Part shown: positions 25,617 through 35,224 of the stretch, in pieces | Numbering within the stretch: position 1 is the stretch's first letter | Layout of the letters: each line of letters starts with the position of its first letter | NCBI GenBank assembly: GCA_039189765.1 | Contig: JBCCYL010000011.1 | Span: forward strand, 4,874-68,873 | From: Cyanobacteria bacterium P01_F01_bin.150 | GTDB taxonomy: Bacteria; Cyanobacteriota; Cyanobacteriia; CAKZMO01 | DNA: 64,000 bases | Direction of reading: 5' to 3' | The notes under the pieces: model-generated | Told to the model about the DNA's origin: nothing | The model's input: only the letters and a program-made list of their open reading frames with translations | Databases searched by the model: none | Made by a program: the position numbers and the translations under genes

Positions 25617-27074
25617 ATGGCGTCAAAACGAATCCTAATTTGGTATCGCAATGATTTGCGGCTACACGACCACGAGCCGTTAGTGTACGCGCTCAAGCAG
25701 CGGGCAGAGATTATTCCCGTGTATTGTTTTGACCCCAGACAGTTTGACAATACATCCTTTGGCTTTCCCAAAACCGGAGCCTTTCGTGGGCAGTTTTTAC
25801 TAGAATCGGTGGCGGACCTGAGGCGATCGCTCCAGTTCCTTGGTAGCGACCTGATTATTCGCCAGGGCAAGCCTGAAATCGTTCTACCTGGGCTGGCCAA
25901 AAAGTTAGATATTTTTGCAGTTCTCTTCCATGGTGAAGTCACGTCAGAAGAAGTTACCGTTGAGAAAAAATTAAAGTCCACCCTTTACCAAAACGGCACC
26001 AAGTTCAAAACCTTCTGGGGCACAACTCTTTATCATCCTGACAATCTGCCCTTTGAGATTTCTGATGTACCTGAACTGTTTACTACTTTCCGCAAAGAGG
26101 TAGAAAAGCAAGCCTCCGTTGAACAGGCGTTGGCAACGCCTAAAAAGCTGCCCTCTTTACCAGATATTAACACTGGAGAGTTGCCGACCCTGGAAGAGTT
26201 AGGGTTAAAGCATGAATCGATTGATCAACGGGCAGTGCTCCAGTTCAAAGGGGGTGAAAGTGAAGGTTTAGCAAGACTAGACGCATACTTTTGGGACGGC
26301 AACCATCTCAAAGAATATAAGGAAACCCGCAACGGCATGCTGGGAGCCGATTACTCCTCTAAGTTCTCCCCATGGTTGGCCCATGGCTGCTTGTCACCCC
26401 GCTACATATATTGGGAAGTTCAGGAGTATGAACAGCAGCGAGTCAGGAATAAGTCCACCTACTGGCTAATCTTTGAGCTGCTGTGGCGAGATTATTTTCG
26501 GTTTATCTGTGAGAAGCATGGCGATCGCGTCTTTCATCTTTCTGGCCTCCAAGGCGCACGCTTTCCATGGAAAACTAACTGTGAGCAGTTTGAGCGTTGG
26601 CAAACAGGCACCACGGGCTACCCACTAGTGGATGCAAATATGCGAGAACTAGCCGCCACTGGATTTATGTCCAATCGGGGACGGCAGAATGTGGCCAGCT
26701 TTTTAACCAAGAATTTAGCGATTGACTGGCGCATTGGTGCAGAGTGGTTTGAGTCGATGCTGATTGACTATGATGTATGCAGCAATTGGGGTAATTGGAA
26801 CTACACCGCAGGTGTGGGCAACGATGCCCGTGGCTTCCGCTATTTCAACATTGAAAAGCAATCTCGTACCTATGATCTGCATGGGGATTATGTGCGTCAC
26901 TGGTTACCAGAACTGGCTGGATTAGATGAGAATAAAATCCATAAGCCTTGGCAACTAAATGGAAATCAGCAAAAACAGTTTGGCGTGATCTTAGGTAATG
27001 ATTACCCTGAACCGATCGTAGACTTTTGGGATTCCATCAAGAAAAACGAACGCTTATATGAAAGCAACCTATAG
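25617..27074 (+). CDS. DASH-family cryptochrome / photolyase-related flavoprotein
   Basis: ILIWYRNDLRLHDHEPL, FKGGESEGLARLDAYFW, YKETRNGMLGADYSSKFSPWLAHGCLSPR, WRDYF, NRGRQNVASFL and NWGNWNY. The ORF opens at TTG 25611, and the first ATG is at 25617. Confidence 0.88.
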   Translation: MASKRILIWYRNDLRLHDHEPLVYALKQRAEIIPVYCFDPRQFDNTSFGFPKTGAFRGQFLLESVADLRRSLQFLGSDLIIRQGKPEIVLPGLAKKLDIFAVLFHGEVTSEEVTVEKKLKSTLYQNGTKFKTFWGTTLYHPDNLPFEISDVPELFTTFRKEVEKQASVEQALATPKKLPSLPDINTGELPTLEELGLKHESIDQRAVLQFKGGESEGLARLDAYFWDGNHLKEYKETRNGMLGADYSSKFSPWLAHGCLSPRYIYWEVQEYEQQRVRNKSTYWLIFELLWRDYFRFICEKHGDRVFHLSGLQGARFPWKTNCEQFERWQTGTTGYPLVDANMRELAATGFMSNRGRQNVASFLTKNLAIDWRIGAEWFESMLIDYDVCSNWGNWNYTAGVGNDARGFRYFNIEKQSRTYDLHGDYVRHWLPELAGLDENKIHKPWQLNGNQQKQFGVILGNDYPEPIVDFWDSIKKNERLYESNL

Positions 27075-27275
27075 TGCAAACATTGGGGATTATTGGGGGT
27101 AGCCTTTACTACATAGTGTATTTGCTACCGCTCAAAGATTTGTTTACGCAGTTTAGTCCGGGCTTTCGTTTTAAGGCAAATCAAACTCAGCGATAACATA
27201 GCCGTAAAGTACCCCAACTATCTGCCTGAAGTTATCATCCCCAGTTTGTAGTCATTTTGAGAAAGGTTGGACTCC

Positions 27276-27758
27276 ATGGAGAAAAATCGGCAGAAATGGA
27301 TACTAGCTCTTCTAGGGCTAATCGTTGCTGTATTAGTGCAGATTGCTCAGAAATACTTGCAGCAAGCTTTTCCTGGCGGCATATTTTATCAATCCAACAT
27401 CACCTTGCTTGGATATCCCCTTCTTGATATTCGAATACCATCACACAATCAAGTTATGGCGCTACAGTATATGCCGCTCGATGAAGCCATGAAGCTTGTG
27501 ACTTCAACAGGATGGTTTGCCATGGGAATCATGTCCTTCGGCGTTATTGCCTTAGGCCCAGGCGCAATAGGTATTGTGTCCTTTGGTGTTGGTTCACTGG
27601 GCTGCATTGCATTCGGCGTCCTATCTGTTGCTTTGTTCCTAGCATTTGGCTGTATGGCCCTGTCTTTCTTCAAATCCTGGGGAATTCTAGCAATATCCTG
27701 GTTCCAATCCCGAGGACTACAGGCAATAGATCGCAATGGGTCACAGTTCAATCCTTAA
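27276..27758 (+). CDS. Hypothetical Gly/Phe-rich membrane protein
   Basis: Hydrophobic helices (ILALLGLIVAVLV; GAIGIVSFGVGSLGCIAFGVLSVALFLAFG). No known motif was recognised. Confidence 0.5.
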   Translation: MEKNRQKWILALLGLIVAVLVQIAQKYLQQAFPGGIFYQSNITLLGYPLLDIRIPSHNQVMALQYMPLDEAMKLVTSTGWFAMGIMSFGVIALGPGAIGIVSFGVGSLGCIAFGVLSVALFLAFGCMALSFFKSWGILAISWFQSRGLQAIDRNGSQFNP

Positions 27759-27963
27759 TCAAGGAATTGAACCCCATGGCCCAGCTTGACCCACTGATTT
27801 TCAGATATTTCTACGAAAATCAACTTTGCGAATATCTTCATTGCTTAATAAGTAGGTTTTTAATAAAAAATCACTTTAAGAGTAATCATTTAGGTATCAT
27901 AACAATACTGATGGTCATCTGAGACCGCATTGTACTCAAAGGCTAGACGAAAAGACTAAATTT

Positions 27964-28161
27964 ATGGCTCGCGGTCGTTCTAAAAAATCAGGTCAAAAGA
28001 AGACAAAGGCTCCAGCAAAGGGTGATCTGCCCCAGAAGGTCTGTGTGGTGTGCGATCGCCCCTTTACCTGGCGTAAGAGATGGGAAGCCTGCTGGGACGA
28101 CGTAAAATACTGCTCGGAACGATGTCGTCGTCGCCGTTCCAATGCTCATCAGCAAGAGTAA
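27964..28161 (+). CDS. DUF2256 domain-containing small zinc-ribbon-like protein
   Basis: [32 protein letters not shown] is a Cys4 pattern typical of DUF2256. Confidence 0.75.
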   Translation: MARGRSKKSGQKKTKAPAKGDLPQKVCVVCDRPFTWRKRWEACWDDVKYCSERCRRRRSNAHQQE

Positions 28162-28182
28162 AATATTGCGTCTAATTTCAGC

Positions 28183-29085
28183 TTACTTGAGTGACAAGCG
28201 ACGAACCGCCAGCAAGCTTCCCATCACCCCCACAGAACTCCCCAACCCCAACAGAATCAGGGGTAAAAGGAGCGATCGCCGAGCGTCGAGCTGTAAATCA
28301 TTGGCCAAAAACCGAATAAAATCGGGCTGTTGGGCAATTAAATGCTGGAGAAAAAATTGCAGCCCTAGAATAAAACCCCATGCAATTCCTGCCCCCACAA
28401 TGCCAAAGATAATGCCCTGGAGAATAAACGGAAAATAAATCCACAGACTGGTGGCACCGACGAGCTGCATCACCTCAATTTCACGGCGGCGGGCCATGAC
28501 GATCAGGCGAATGGTGGTGGTAATAACAGCGATCGCGGTCAAAGTAAGGACTGATGTCACAGCAATACTGACCCAGTTCAGACCTTGATTGAGCTGAGCA
28601 ATTCGCTTTACGGCTTCATCCACGTAGCCGACTTCCTCCACACCGTCTAATTCAGACAATTGCTCAGCTAATCTTGGCACTGCATCAGAATCAGTTGCCT
28701 TTACTTTTAATTCATCCACCAAAGGATTCCCACTCAATTGTTCAGTTGCCCCTGCAATATCGGAAATCCCCATTTCTCTTACCAGAGCTTCCCAGGCCTC
28801 TTGCCGTGAAACGACGGTAATACCAGTCACATTTGGCAGCGTTTGCACTTTTGATTCGAGGACATCAGCCGTCATTCCTGGTTCCAAATACACCGACACC
28901 TCTAGCTGACTACCAAAGTCATGCAGCAGTTGTTCAATTTGCCAAGAGGCATGGAGACTTGTACCAAATAAAAACAGTAAGACAGTGACTGTACTGATGG
29001 CAGCCCAGTTCATCCAGCCTCCTCGCTGTAAGCCCAGGAAGGTCTCTCTCAATAAATAATCGGCTTTGGTGAGCCAGCGTAGCAC
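28183..29085 (-). CDS. ftsX: Cell-division ABC-type permease-like protein FtsX
   Basis: An N-terminal TM helix, a periplasmic domain and three C-terminal TM helices, with the conserved IRLIVMARRREIEVMQLVGAT segment. Confidence 0.85.
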   Translation of the reverse strand: MLRWLTKADYLLRETFLGLQRGGWMNWAAISTVTVLLFLFGTSLHASWQIEQLLHDFGSQLEVSVYLEPGMTADVLESKVQTLPNVTGITVVSRQEAWEALVREMGISDIAGATEQLSGNPLVDELKVKATDSDAVPRLAEQLSELDGVEEVGYVDEAVKRIAQLNQGLNWVSIAVTSVLTLTAIAVITTTIRLIVMARRREIEVMQLVGATSLWIYFPFILQGIIFGIVGAGIAWGFILGLQFFLQHLIAQQPDFIRFLANDLQLDARRSLLLPLILLGLGSSVGVMGSLLAVRRLSLK

Positions 29086-29208
29086 CGTTTTGTTCTCCTC
29101 TACGTTTCAGATGGCTTAATCTAAAGCAAAAAAGTGAACCATACGTAAGTGTTTATCCGATAATATATGGTTCAATAGCAGCCGATAAATTCTGAATGAC
29201 CCGGACAT

Positions 29209-30126
29209 ATGCATAATTTCCTGCCTACCGCTTACTTTAACAACCAATTTGTTCCTTTTGAGTCCGCTAACCTCTCTATTGCTACCCATGCATTGCATTA
29301 TGGCACGGCAGCTTTTGGCGGAATGCGCGGCATTCCTGATCCTAATAAACCGGGTCACATTCTCTTATTCCGCTTATCTCAACATGCTCAGCGTTTGAGT
29401 GCCAGTGCTCGTTTGCTTCACTATGATCTACCAGCGGACAAAATAGAGGCGATCATTATCGATTTTGTAAAGCAAAATCAACCCGATGCGTCTTTTTACA
29501 TGCGGCCCTTTGTGTACACATCAGATTTAGGGATTTCTCCACGTTTGCATAATGTTAAAAAAAGTTTCTTCATATACGGATTAGAGCTAGGCGACTATCT
29601 TTCTCCGGAAGGCGTTAGCTGCCGGATTAGCTCCTGGTACCGTCAAGAAGACCGTAGTCTTCCCCTGCGCGGCAAAATCAGTGGGGCTTACATCACATCG
29701 TCTTTGGCAAAAACTGAGGCTGTAGAGTCTGGGTTTGACGAAGCTATTCTGATGAATTCCCAGGGCAAAGTTAGTGAAGCCACTGGAATGAACATTTTTA
29801 TGGTGCGCAATGGTCAGCTTATTACACCTGGTTTTGAACAAGATATTTTGGAAGGCATTACCCGAAATAGCATAATTTCGATGGCCCAGGATATGGGTAT
29901 ATCCGTTGTGGAACGTCCGATTGATAAATCAGAACTCTTTATCGCAAATGAAATTTTTCTCAGCGGTACAGCAGCAAAGATTACCCCTGTAAAGCAAATT
30001 GAGAATTATCAGTATGGTAGCGATCGCCCTATTACGGATAAACTCAGAAACCAACTCACTGCAATAACTGAAAACCGCGATCCAAACTATTCCCAATGGA
30101 TCACATCAATTGCAATCAATGAATAG
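29209..30126 (+). CDS. ilvE: Branched-chain amino acid aminotransferase (class IV)
   Basis: ALHYGTAAFGGMRG, RPFVY, EAILMNSQGKVSEATGMNIFMV, ILEGITRNSII and EIFLSGTAAKITPV. Confidence 0.88.
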   Translation: MHNFLPTAYFNNQFVPFESANLSIATHALHYGTAAFGGMRGIPDPNKPGHILLFRLSQHAQRLSASARLLHYDLPADKIEAIIIDFVKQNQPDASFYMRPFVYTSDLGISPRLHNVKKSFFIYGLELGDYLSPEGVSCRISSWYRQEDRSLPLRGKISGAYITSSLAKTEAVESGFDEAILMNSQGKVSEATGMNIFMVRNGQLITPGFEQDILEGITRNSIISMAQDMGISVVERPIDKSELFIANEIFLSGTAAKITPVKQIENYQYGSDRPITDKLRNQLTAITENRDPNYSQWITSIAINE

Positions 30127-30273
30127 TATTAGGGTATGTAGCTGTTAAGGCTCACGTTTCCTGTTCTATCGATGTTGAGCCTCTGTAAAGATTCTCTAAG
30201 AGAATATATAAAAGTTAGTAATATCGCAATATTTTCCCGAGTGAATCAGTAAGAATATTAGATTAGATATCTG

Positions 30274-32100
30274 CTAAAAGGGGATCACAAGCTTTTCTGG
30301 GCAGACAGGCCTTGAGAAAAGATATCCTTGACCTGATTCACACCCTAACATCTTTAATGTTTCAAGCTGTTGCTGATTCTCAATGCCCTCAGCTACTACA
30401 CTCATCCCCAATGTATGTGCCAAGTTAATCGTTGCTTCCACAATTCCTAATCGCTTTTGACTCTGGTTCATTCCTTGAATAAAAGAACGGTCAATTTTTA
30501 ATGTATCTAAGGGAAAGCGATGGAGATAACTTAAAGATGAATAGCCCGTACCAAAGTCATCAATGACTAACTGAATTTTTCTTTTTTTTAGCTGGGCTAA
30601 AATATTGTGCGTAGTGCCTTCATTATGAATTAATGCACTTTCGGTAATTTCTAACTTTAAATGGTGAGAGTTAAAATTAGGGAGTGCAATAATCTGATCG
30701 ATATCATATAAGAAGTTAGGATGAGTGAGTTGATTTGCAGAGATATTAACGTTAACATGAAATGATGAACTACCAATTTCTTTTGAATAAGAATTCTTGT
30801 TGATAGACGTATCCCACTGATGTATTTGTTTCCATGCTTGCTGTAGCACCAATAATCCAATGGGATGAATTAAGCCAACTTCTTCTGCAAGATGAATAAA
30901 ACGATCTGGGTGAGTTAAGCCCTTTTTAGGATGCTGCCATCTAATCAATGCTTCACACCCTTCAATCTGATTCGTTTTTAGTGAGAAAATTGGTTGATAA
31001 TGTAATACAAATTCTTCATTTTGAACCGCTAACCGTAAATCTTGCTCTAACTCTAAACGCTCCACTGCCTGGTCGTACATTAACTGATCAAAAATCTGAT
31101 AGCGTCCTTTTCCTTTGGCCTTGGCATGATACATTGCGGTATCAGCGTCTCTCAGCAATTCGTCTGGCTGATGATAGTTTTTATTACCTAAAACAATTCC
31201 AATACTGGCATTAATAAAAATTCTTCGCCCTCCTAAATAAAAGGGCTGTTTTAGGGTTTCTTGAATCTTTAATGCTATTTCTATTGCATCGGATTCATTA
31301 GATATTTCTTTACTTAAAATCGTAAACTCATCTCCACCAAGTCGAGCAACAAGATGATTTGGCAGAAGACATTGTTCTAATCGACGAGCTAAAGCAATTA
31401 ATAATTGATCGCCTACCAAATGGCCTAAAGAATCATTAATAACTTTAAAGTGATCACAATCAAAAAATAGAATGGCAAACTGGTAGCTGGAGTTTTGTTT
31501 TGCCTGATGAATGGTTTGGGCTAAATGCTCCATAAACCAAGTGCGGTTGGGCAGATTAGTTAATGTATCATGTAAGACTAAGTAACGCAGATTTTCTTGG
31601 GCACGCTTGCGCACCATGATTTCTGCTTCCAATTGGGCGGTACGATTTGCAACCCGAGATTCCAGTTCAGCACTAAGTTGTGCAATTCTATCCCTTGCAG
31701 CCTGTAGGCTCAATTGGTGCTCAATTCTGAGGATCACCTCTGATGCATCAAAAGGCTTTGTAATATAATCGACTCCCCCCAACTCAAATGCTTTGGCCTT
31801 ATCTAGGGGAGTATCTAAAGCACTAATAAAAATAATAGGAATATGCTGACTGGCTTTATTTTCTTTCAAGCTGATGCAGATATCGTAGCCACTGATATCC
31901 GGTAAGCATACATCTAAAAGAATTAGCTTTGGAGGTCCTAAAGCCATTGATTCTAAGGCTTCCTTACCAGTGCTTGCACAGCGAGACACATAGTAATGCG
32001 ATTGAATAATGCGTGAAAGCAACCTCAGGGTATGGACATCATCATCCACGATGAGGATTTCGACACTCGACACGTTTGAGTTCAGAATGTTCATACTCAA
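30274..32100 (-). CDS. Response-regulator receiver - GGDEF - EAL protein (c-di-GMP turnover)
   Basis: REC (ILIVDDDV...LILLDVCLPDISGYD...KP), GGDEF (RLGGDEFTIL) and EAL (CEALIRW, DDFGTGYSSL). The gene is notably AT-rich. Confidence 0.9.
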   Translation of the reverse strand: MSMNILNSNVSSVEILIVDDDVHTLRLLSRIIQSHYYVSRCASTGKEALESMALGPPKLILLDVCLPDISGYDICISLKENKASQHIPIIFISALDTPLDKAKAFELGGVDYITKPFDASEVILRIEHQLSLQAARDRIAQLSAELESRVANRTAQLEAEIMVRKRAQENLRYLVLHDTLTNLPNRTWFMEHLAQTIHQAKQNSSYQFAILFFDCDHFKVINDSLGHLVGDQLLIALARRLEQCLLPNHLVARLGGDEFTILSKEISNESDAIEIALKIQETLKQPFYLGGRRIFINASIGIVLGNKNYHQPDELLRDADTAMYHAKAKGKGRYQIFDQLMYDQAVERLELEQDLRLAVQNEEFVLHYQPIFSLKTNQIEGCEALIRWQHPKKGLTHPDRFIHLAEEVGLIHPIGLLVLQQAWKQIHQWDTSINKNSYSKEIGSSSFHVNVNISANQLTHPNFLYDIDQIIALPNFNSHHLKLEITESALIHNEGTTHNILAQLKKRKIQLVIDDFGTGYSSLSYLHRFPLDTLKIDRSFIQGMNQSQKRLGIVEATINLAHTLGMSVVAEGIENQQQLETLKMLGCESGQGYLFSRPVCPEKLVIPF

Positions 32101-32181
32101 CCAACCAATAATGCCGAAATAGAAGGCTCCAACAAACTAAAAAATGGTGCTCATAGAGCATCAACCAATAATTAGGACAGA

Positions 32182-32221
32182 GACGTTTTAGTGGGGGCGC
32201 AAAGCGACTCCACTAAAACGT
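32182..32221. other. 13-bp perfect inverted repeat in the divergent intergenic region
   Basis: gacgttttagtgg - 14-nt spacer - ccactaaaacgtc. The spacer itself is partly self-complementary. Confidence 0.6.
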
Positions 32222-32583
32222 CCTAACTGTAACCATCGCTATATGCATGACGTTATCCTCTTGCCAATCTCAAAGCCACTTGATTTATCAATCAGTATGG
32301 CATGTTGTTTCAATCTAAAAATCTAAGTGTCATCTCGCTTTGCACAATTTATTAAATTTTCTTTAGTTTCTAAGCTCAATATTCATGAAAAGATCATGGA
32401 TTATTTGGAAACAGTTATTTCTGTATTCAAAGTGGACACTCTGGGAACAGGACAGTATGGGGTCGTAAACTATTTCGCGACATCTATTCTGTGATTATAG
32501 AAGTCCGATTTCTGGCGGACTACAATTAGATATCGTGGCAGCGATCGCTTGCGATCACGACGAATCCTAATCCGTAGAAAGCT

Positions 32584-33462
32584 ATGTTGGCTTTCGCTAA
32601 CGCACACAAATATTCAAAATCTATGGCACCGTTTCCAAATTGTCTATTTTGTTCATGTTCAATCCATACTTCGTCTCTGAAACTCAACCTGCTTAGCCGA
32701 ATATTTGGTTTGGTCGCTATCTTTGCAGGCTTTGAATTTATGGTGGGCCATATTAGCCACAGCCTAGCGCTTCAAGCCGACTCTGGCCATATGATGTCCG
32801 ATGGGTTGGCGTTGGCGATCGCCCTTTTTGCGACTTATATGGCTCGTAGCTCTGTCTTCTCTAAAGAGTACCGTGCTTTTTCTCAACAGGTTGAAACATG
32901 GGCTGCCCTAATCAATGGATTGGGACTCTTAGGTATGGCAGGACTTATTGGTTGGGAGGCCTATAGTCACTGGCAGTCTCCTCCAAGCGATATTCTGAGT
33001 ATCCCGATGTTAATCACCGCCATTATCGGCTTAGTGATTAATGGCATCAGTTTCCAATGGATACAGTCCTTCAACGATGGTGAGAGCAAGAATGCTGTAG
33101 TTCAGAATTCAAGACCTCTAGACCTTAATCTTCAGGGGGTGTTACTTCATGTCCTCGCTGATGTACTGGGTTCAGTTGGCGTTATCTTAGCTGCGATCGC
33201 CGTATGGATATGGGGATGGATATGGGCCGATAATGTGATCAGTGTGGCGTTAGCATTACTTATTGGCGGCAGTGCAATTTCACTGATTAGACAAAGTATC
33301 ATTGCATTACGATCATCCTGGTACAGACCAGGTCAAGCTTCTGTGTTTAAATCCTCAAAAGATCTCACAGGCCAAGCGGCAGTGCTGAGTAAAGTCGGTT
33401 TTTGTGAGATTGGGCAAACAAATTTAAGCCAAATTGTGAAAGATTTGCAGGCTTCAGATTGA
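32584..33462 (+). CDS. Cation diffusion facilitator (CzcD/ZitB-like) metal efflux transporter
   Basis: HSLALQADSGHMMSDGLAL and HVLADVLGSVGVI, with six TM helices. The true start may be internal (MAPFP at 32623). Confidence 0.8.
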   Translation: MLAFANAHKYSKSMAPFPNCLFCSCSIHTSSLKLNLLSRIFGLVAIFAGFEFMVGHISHSLALQADSGHMMSDGLALAIALFATYMARSSVFSKEYRAFSQQVETWAALINGLGLLGMAGLIGWEAYSHWQSPPSDILSIPMLITAIIGLVINGISFQWIQSFNDGESKNAVVQNSRPLDLNLQGVLLHVLADVLGSVGVILAAIAVWIWGWIWADNVISVALALLIGGSAISLIRQSIIALRSSWYRPGQASVFKSSKDLTGQAAVLSKVGFCEIGQTNLSQIVKDLQASD

Positions 33463-33613
33463 AAAACCTTTAGGCCATAGATTTTGGTGATTAGACTGCA
33501 TTCTCAGACTCAGCAAGCTTGCGTGGCCCCTTAGTGATAACTACGAGACCACGCATAAACTCAACATCCTGAGGAAGATGATGTCAAAGACAAACGAATG
33601 CTAGGGCTGTTGC

Positions 33614-33925
33614 TTACCAATCAGTGTTACGACGATAATTTCCGCCCCCACCATTGTTCCTGTTTCCGCCCCCACCACTGTTCTCGCGGGGTCTAGCCTT
33701 ATTAACCTTCATCTCACGTCCCATCCACTCAGCACCATCTAGGGCTTCGATCACTGCTTCTTCTTCAGACTCCTGGGACATATCAACAAATGCAAATCCA
33801 CGAGGACGATCTGTTTCACGATCCATCGGCAAGCTGACACGTTTTACCGTGCCATACTCAGCGAAAACCTCCTGTATGTCTTCACGGGTGACATCGTAGG
33901 ACAAATTACCAACATAAACAGACAT
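33614..33925 (-). CDS. RRM-type RNA-binding protein with Gly-rich tail (cyanobacterial Rbp)
   Basis: RNP2 VYVGNL, RNP1 RGFAFVDM and a C-terminal GGGGNRNNGGGGNY. Confidence 0.92.
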   Translation of the reverse strand: MSVYVGNLSYDVTREDIQEVFAEYGTVKRVSLPMDRETDRPRGFAFVDMSQESEEEAVIEALDGAEWMGREMKVNKARPRENSGGGGNRNNGGGGNYRRNTDW

Positions 33926-34414
33926 GGAACCATCTCCAATAATTGACTAGTAACGTAGTGAGTTAACCGGAGATGGAGCTGTAACCGAAATCGAAAGTGA
34001 AATTGAAACAAGCTGACTCTACCGAAAAATAACTCTGGACTAACGAATCCAAGCTAGCACATATATCGGCAAAGCTAAAGCCAAAGTAGATAAAATATCA
34101 CAAGAATTTGACCCGATGTGGCATTCTTCACTCAAAAGAATACAAGCTAACGTCGGGTAAACAATGAGACTCTACAGATATTGTTCCTCTAGCGGGGCTT
34201 AAATTCACGACTACGTTATAAACAGCAACACTATCAGCTCTTCCTGCAGCCTACACATATTTTTACGGAATTGCAATGGCTTGAAGGTAAATTTTATGCA
34301 TCTAGGTGTGGAGAATAAAGTTTGGTGCTTGAGAGGTGTTATGGATGCTTAATGTCTATGACAATCAACTTGAATTTCAATTACTCAAGGCCTTAGATGA
34401 AACGTGAAATGAAT

Positions 34415-34705
34415 TCAATACGTAACTGTTTGGGAGTCGTTTTTCCAGAGTAAACGGATTGCCATAGTAGCAAATCCCAGGGCAGCGATCGCCTTTACCC
34501 ATCGCACAGGCAAGATCTCCCCTAGGCCGCCGCCCAGCCATACGCCGAGTAAAGTCGCCAACAATAGGGCGCTGGATGCTCCCCAAAAGATAGGTTTGAA
34601 TGATTTAGAATTGCTGCTAAGGACAATCGCTGCTAATTGGCTTTTGTCACCTAGCTCAGAAATGAAGACTGCGGTAAAGCTTATGAGAAGTAACTTCCAG
34701 TCCAT
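34415..34705 (-). CDS. UPF0016 (GDT1/TMEM165) family half-size membrane protein
   Basis: ELGDKSQ motif and three TM helices. Confidence 0.85.
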   Translation of the reverse strand: MDWKLLLISFTAVFISELGDKSQLAAIVLSSNSKSFKPIFWGASSALLLATLLGVWLGGGLGEILPVRWVKAIAALGFATMAIRLLWKNDSQTVTY

Positions 34706-34778
34706 ACTTATTATTCAATCCGTTTCAATATCATCAACTACATAGTGCCGTGATCGCTCGGTAGGTAAAGATTGCTTT

Positions 34779-35099
34779 TTACATATGAAGGATATCCCAG
34801 AGCAACAAAGCTGAGATCCCCAGTAGAATCATTCCGGTGACCGTTTCCATGATTTCCTTTTTAACGTGATTAGACAGCCAGCGCCCCACAAAGATGCCTA
34901 GTAAAGTGGTAAACAGTAACGCCACTGCAGCACCTATAAAAACAATCCAGGGTGATTGAGACTCTGCACTTATGAGTAGAGTTGTAATCTGTGTTTTATC
35001 CCCTAACTCCGCTACAAATATAGTAAAGAAGGTGGTAAAAAACAGTCTAATACCAGCTTGAGATTCAGGATTAGGACTGGGAGTGGGATTCTCGGTCAA
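34779..35099 (-). CDS. UPF0016 (GDT1/TMEM165) family half-size membrane protein
   Basis: ELGDKTQ motif and three TM helices. It is adjacent to its partner half. Confidence 0.85.
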   Translation of the reverse strand: MTENPTPSPNPESQAGIRLFFTTFFTIFVAELGDKTQITTLLISAESQSPWIVFIGAAVALLFTTLLGIFVGRWLSNHVKKEIMETVTGMILLGISALLLWDILHM

Positions 35100-35224
35100 A
35101 GCAACTTAAGATCATATTAGGATAATAGTGATATTCTATCTTGGTCTCTGCGTATCCATTGCTTAGCAATGGAAATCTGAATGGAGGAGTTCCTAATTTT
35201 CTCTGTCATTATTTGTTTCTTGCT

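Noticed and set aside
28142-28438. 98-aa plus-strand ORF after DUF2256
   Set aside because: It is antisense to the well-supported ftsX CDS.
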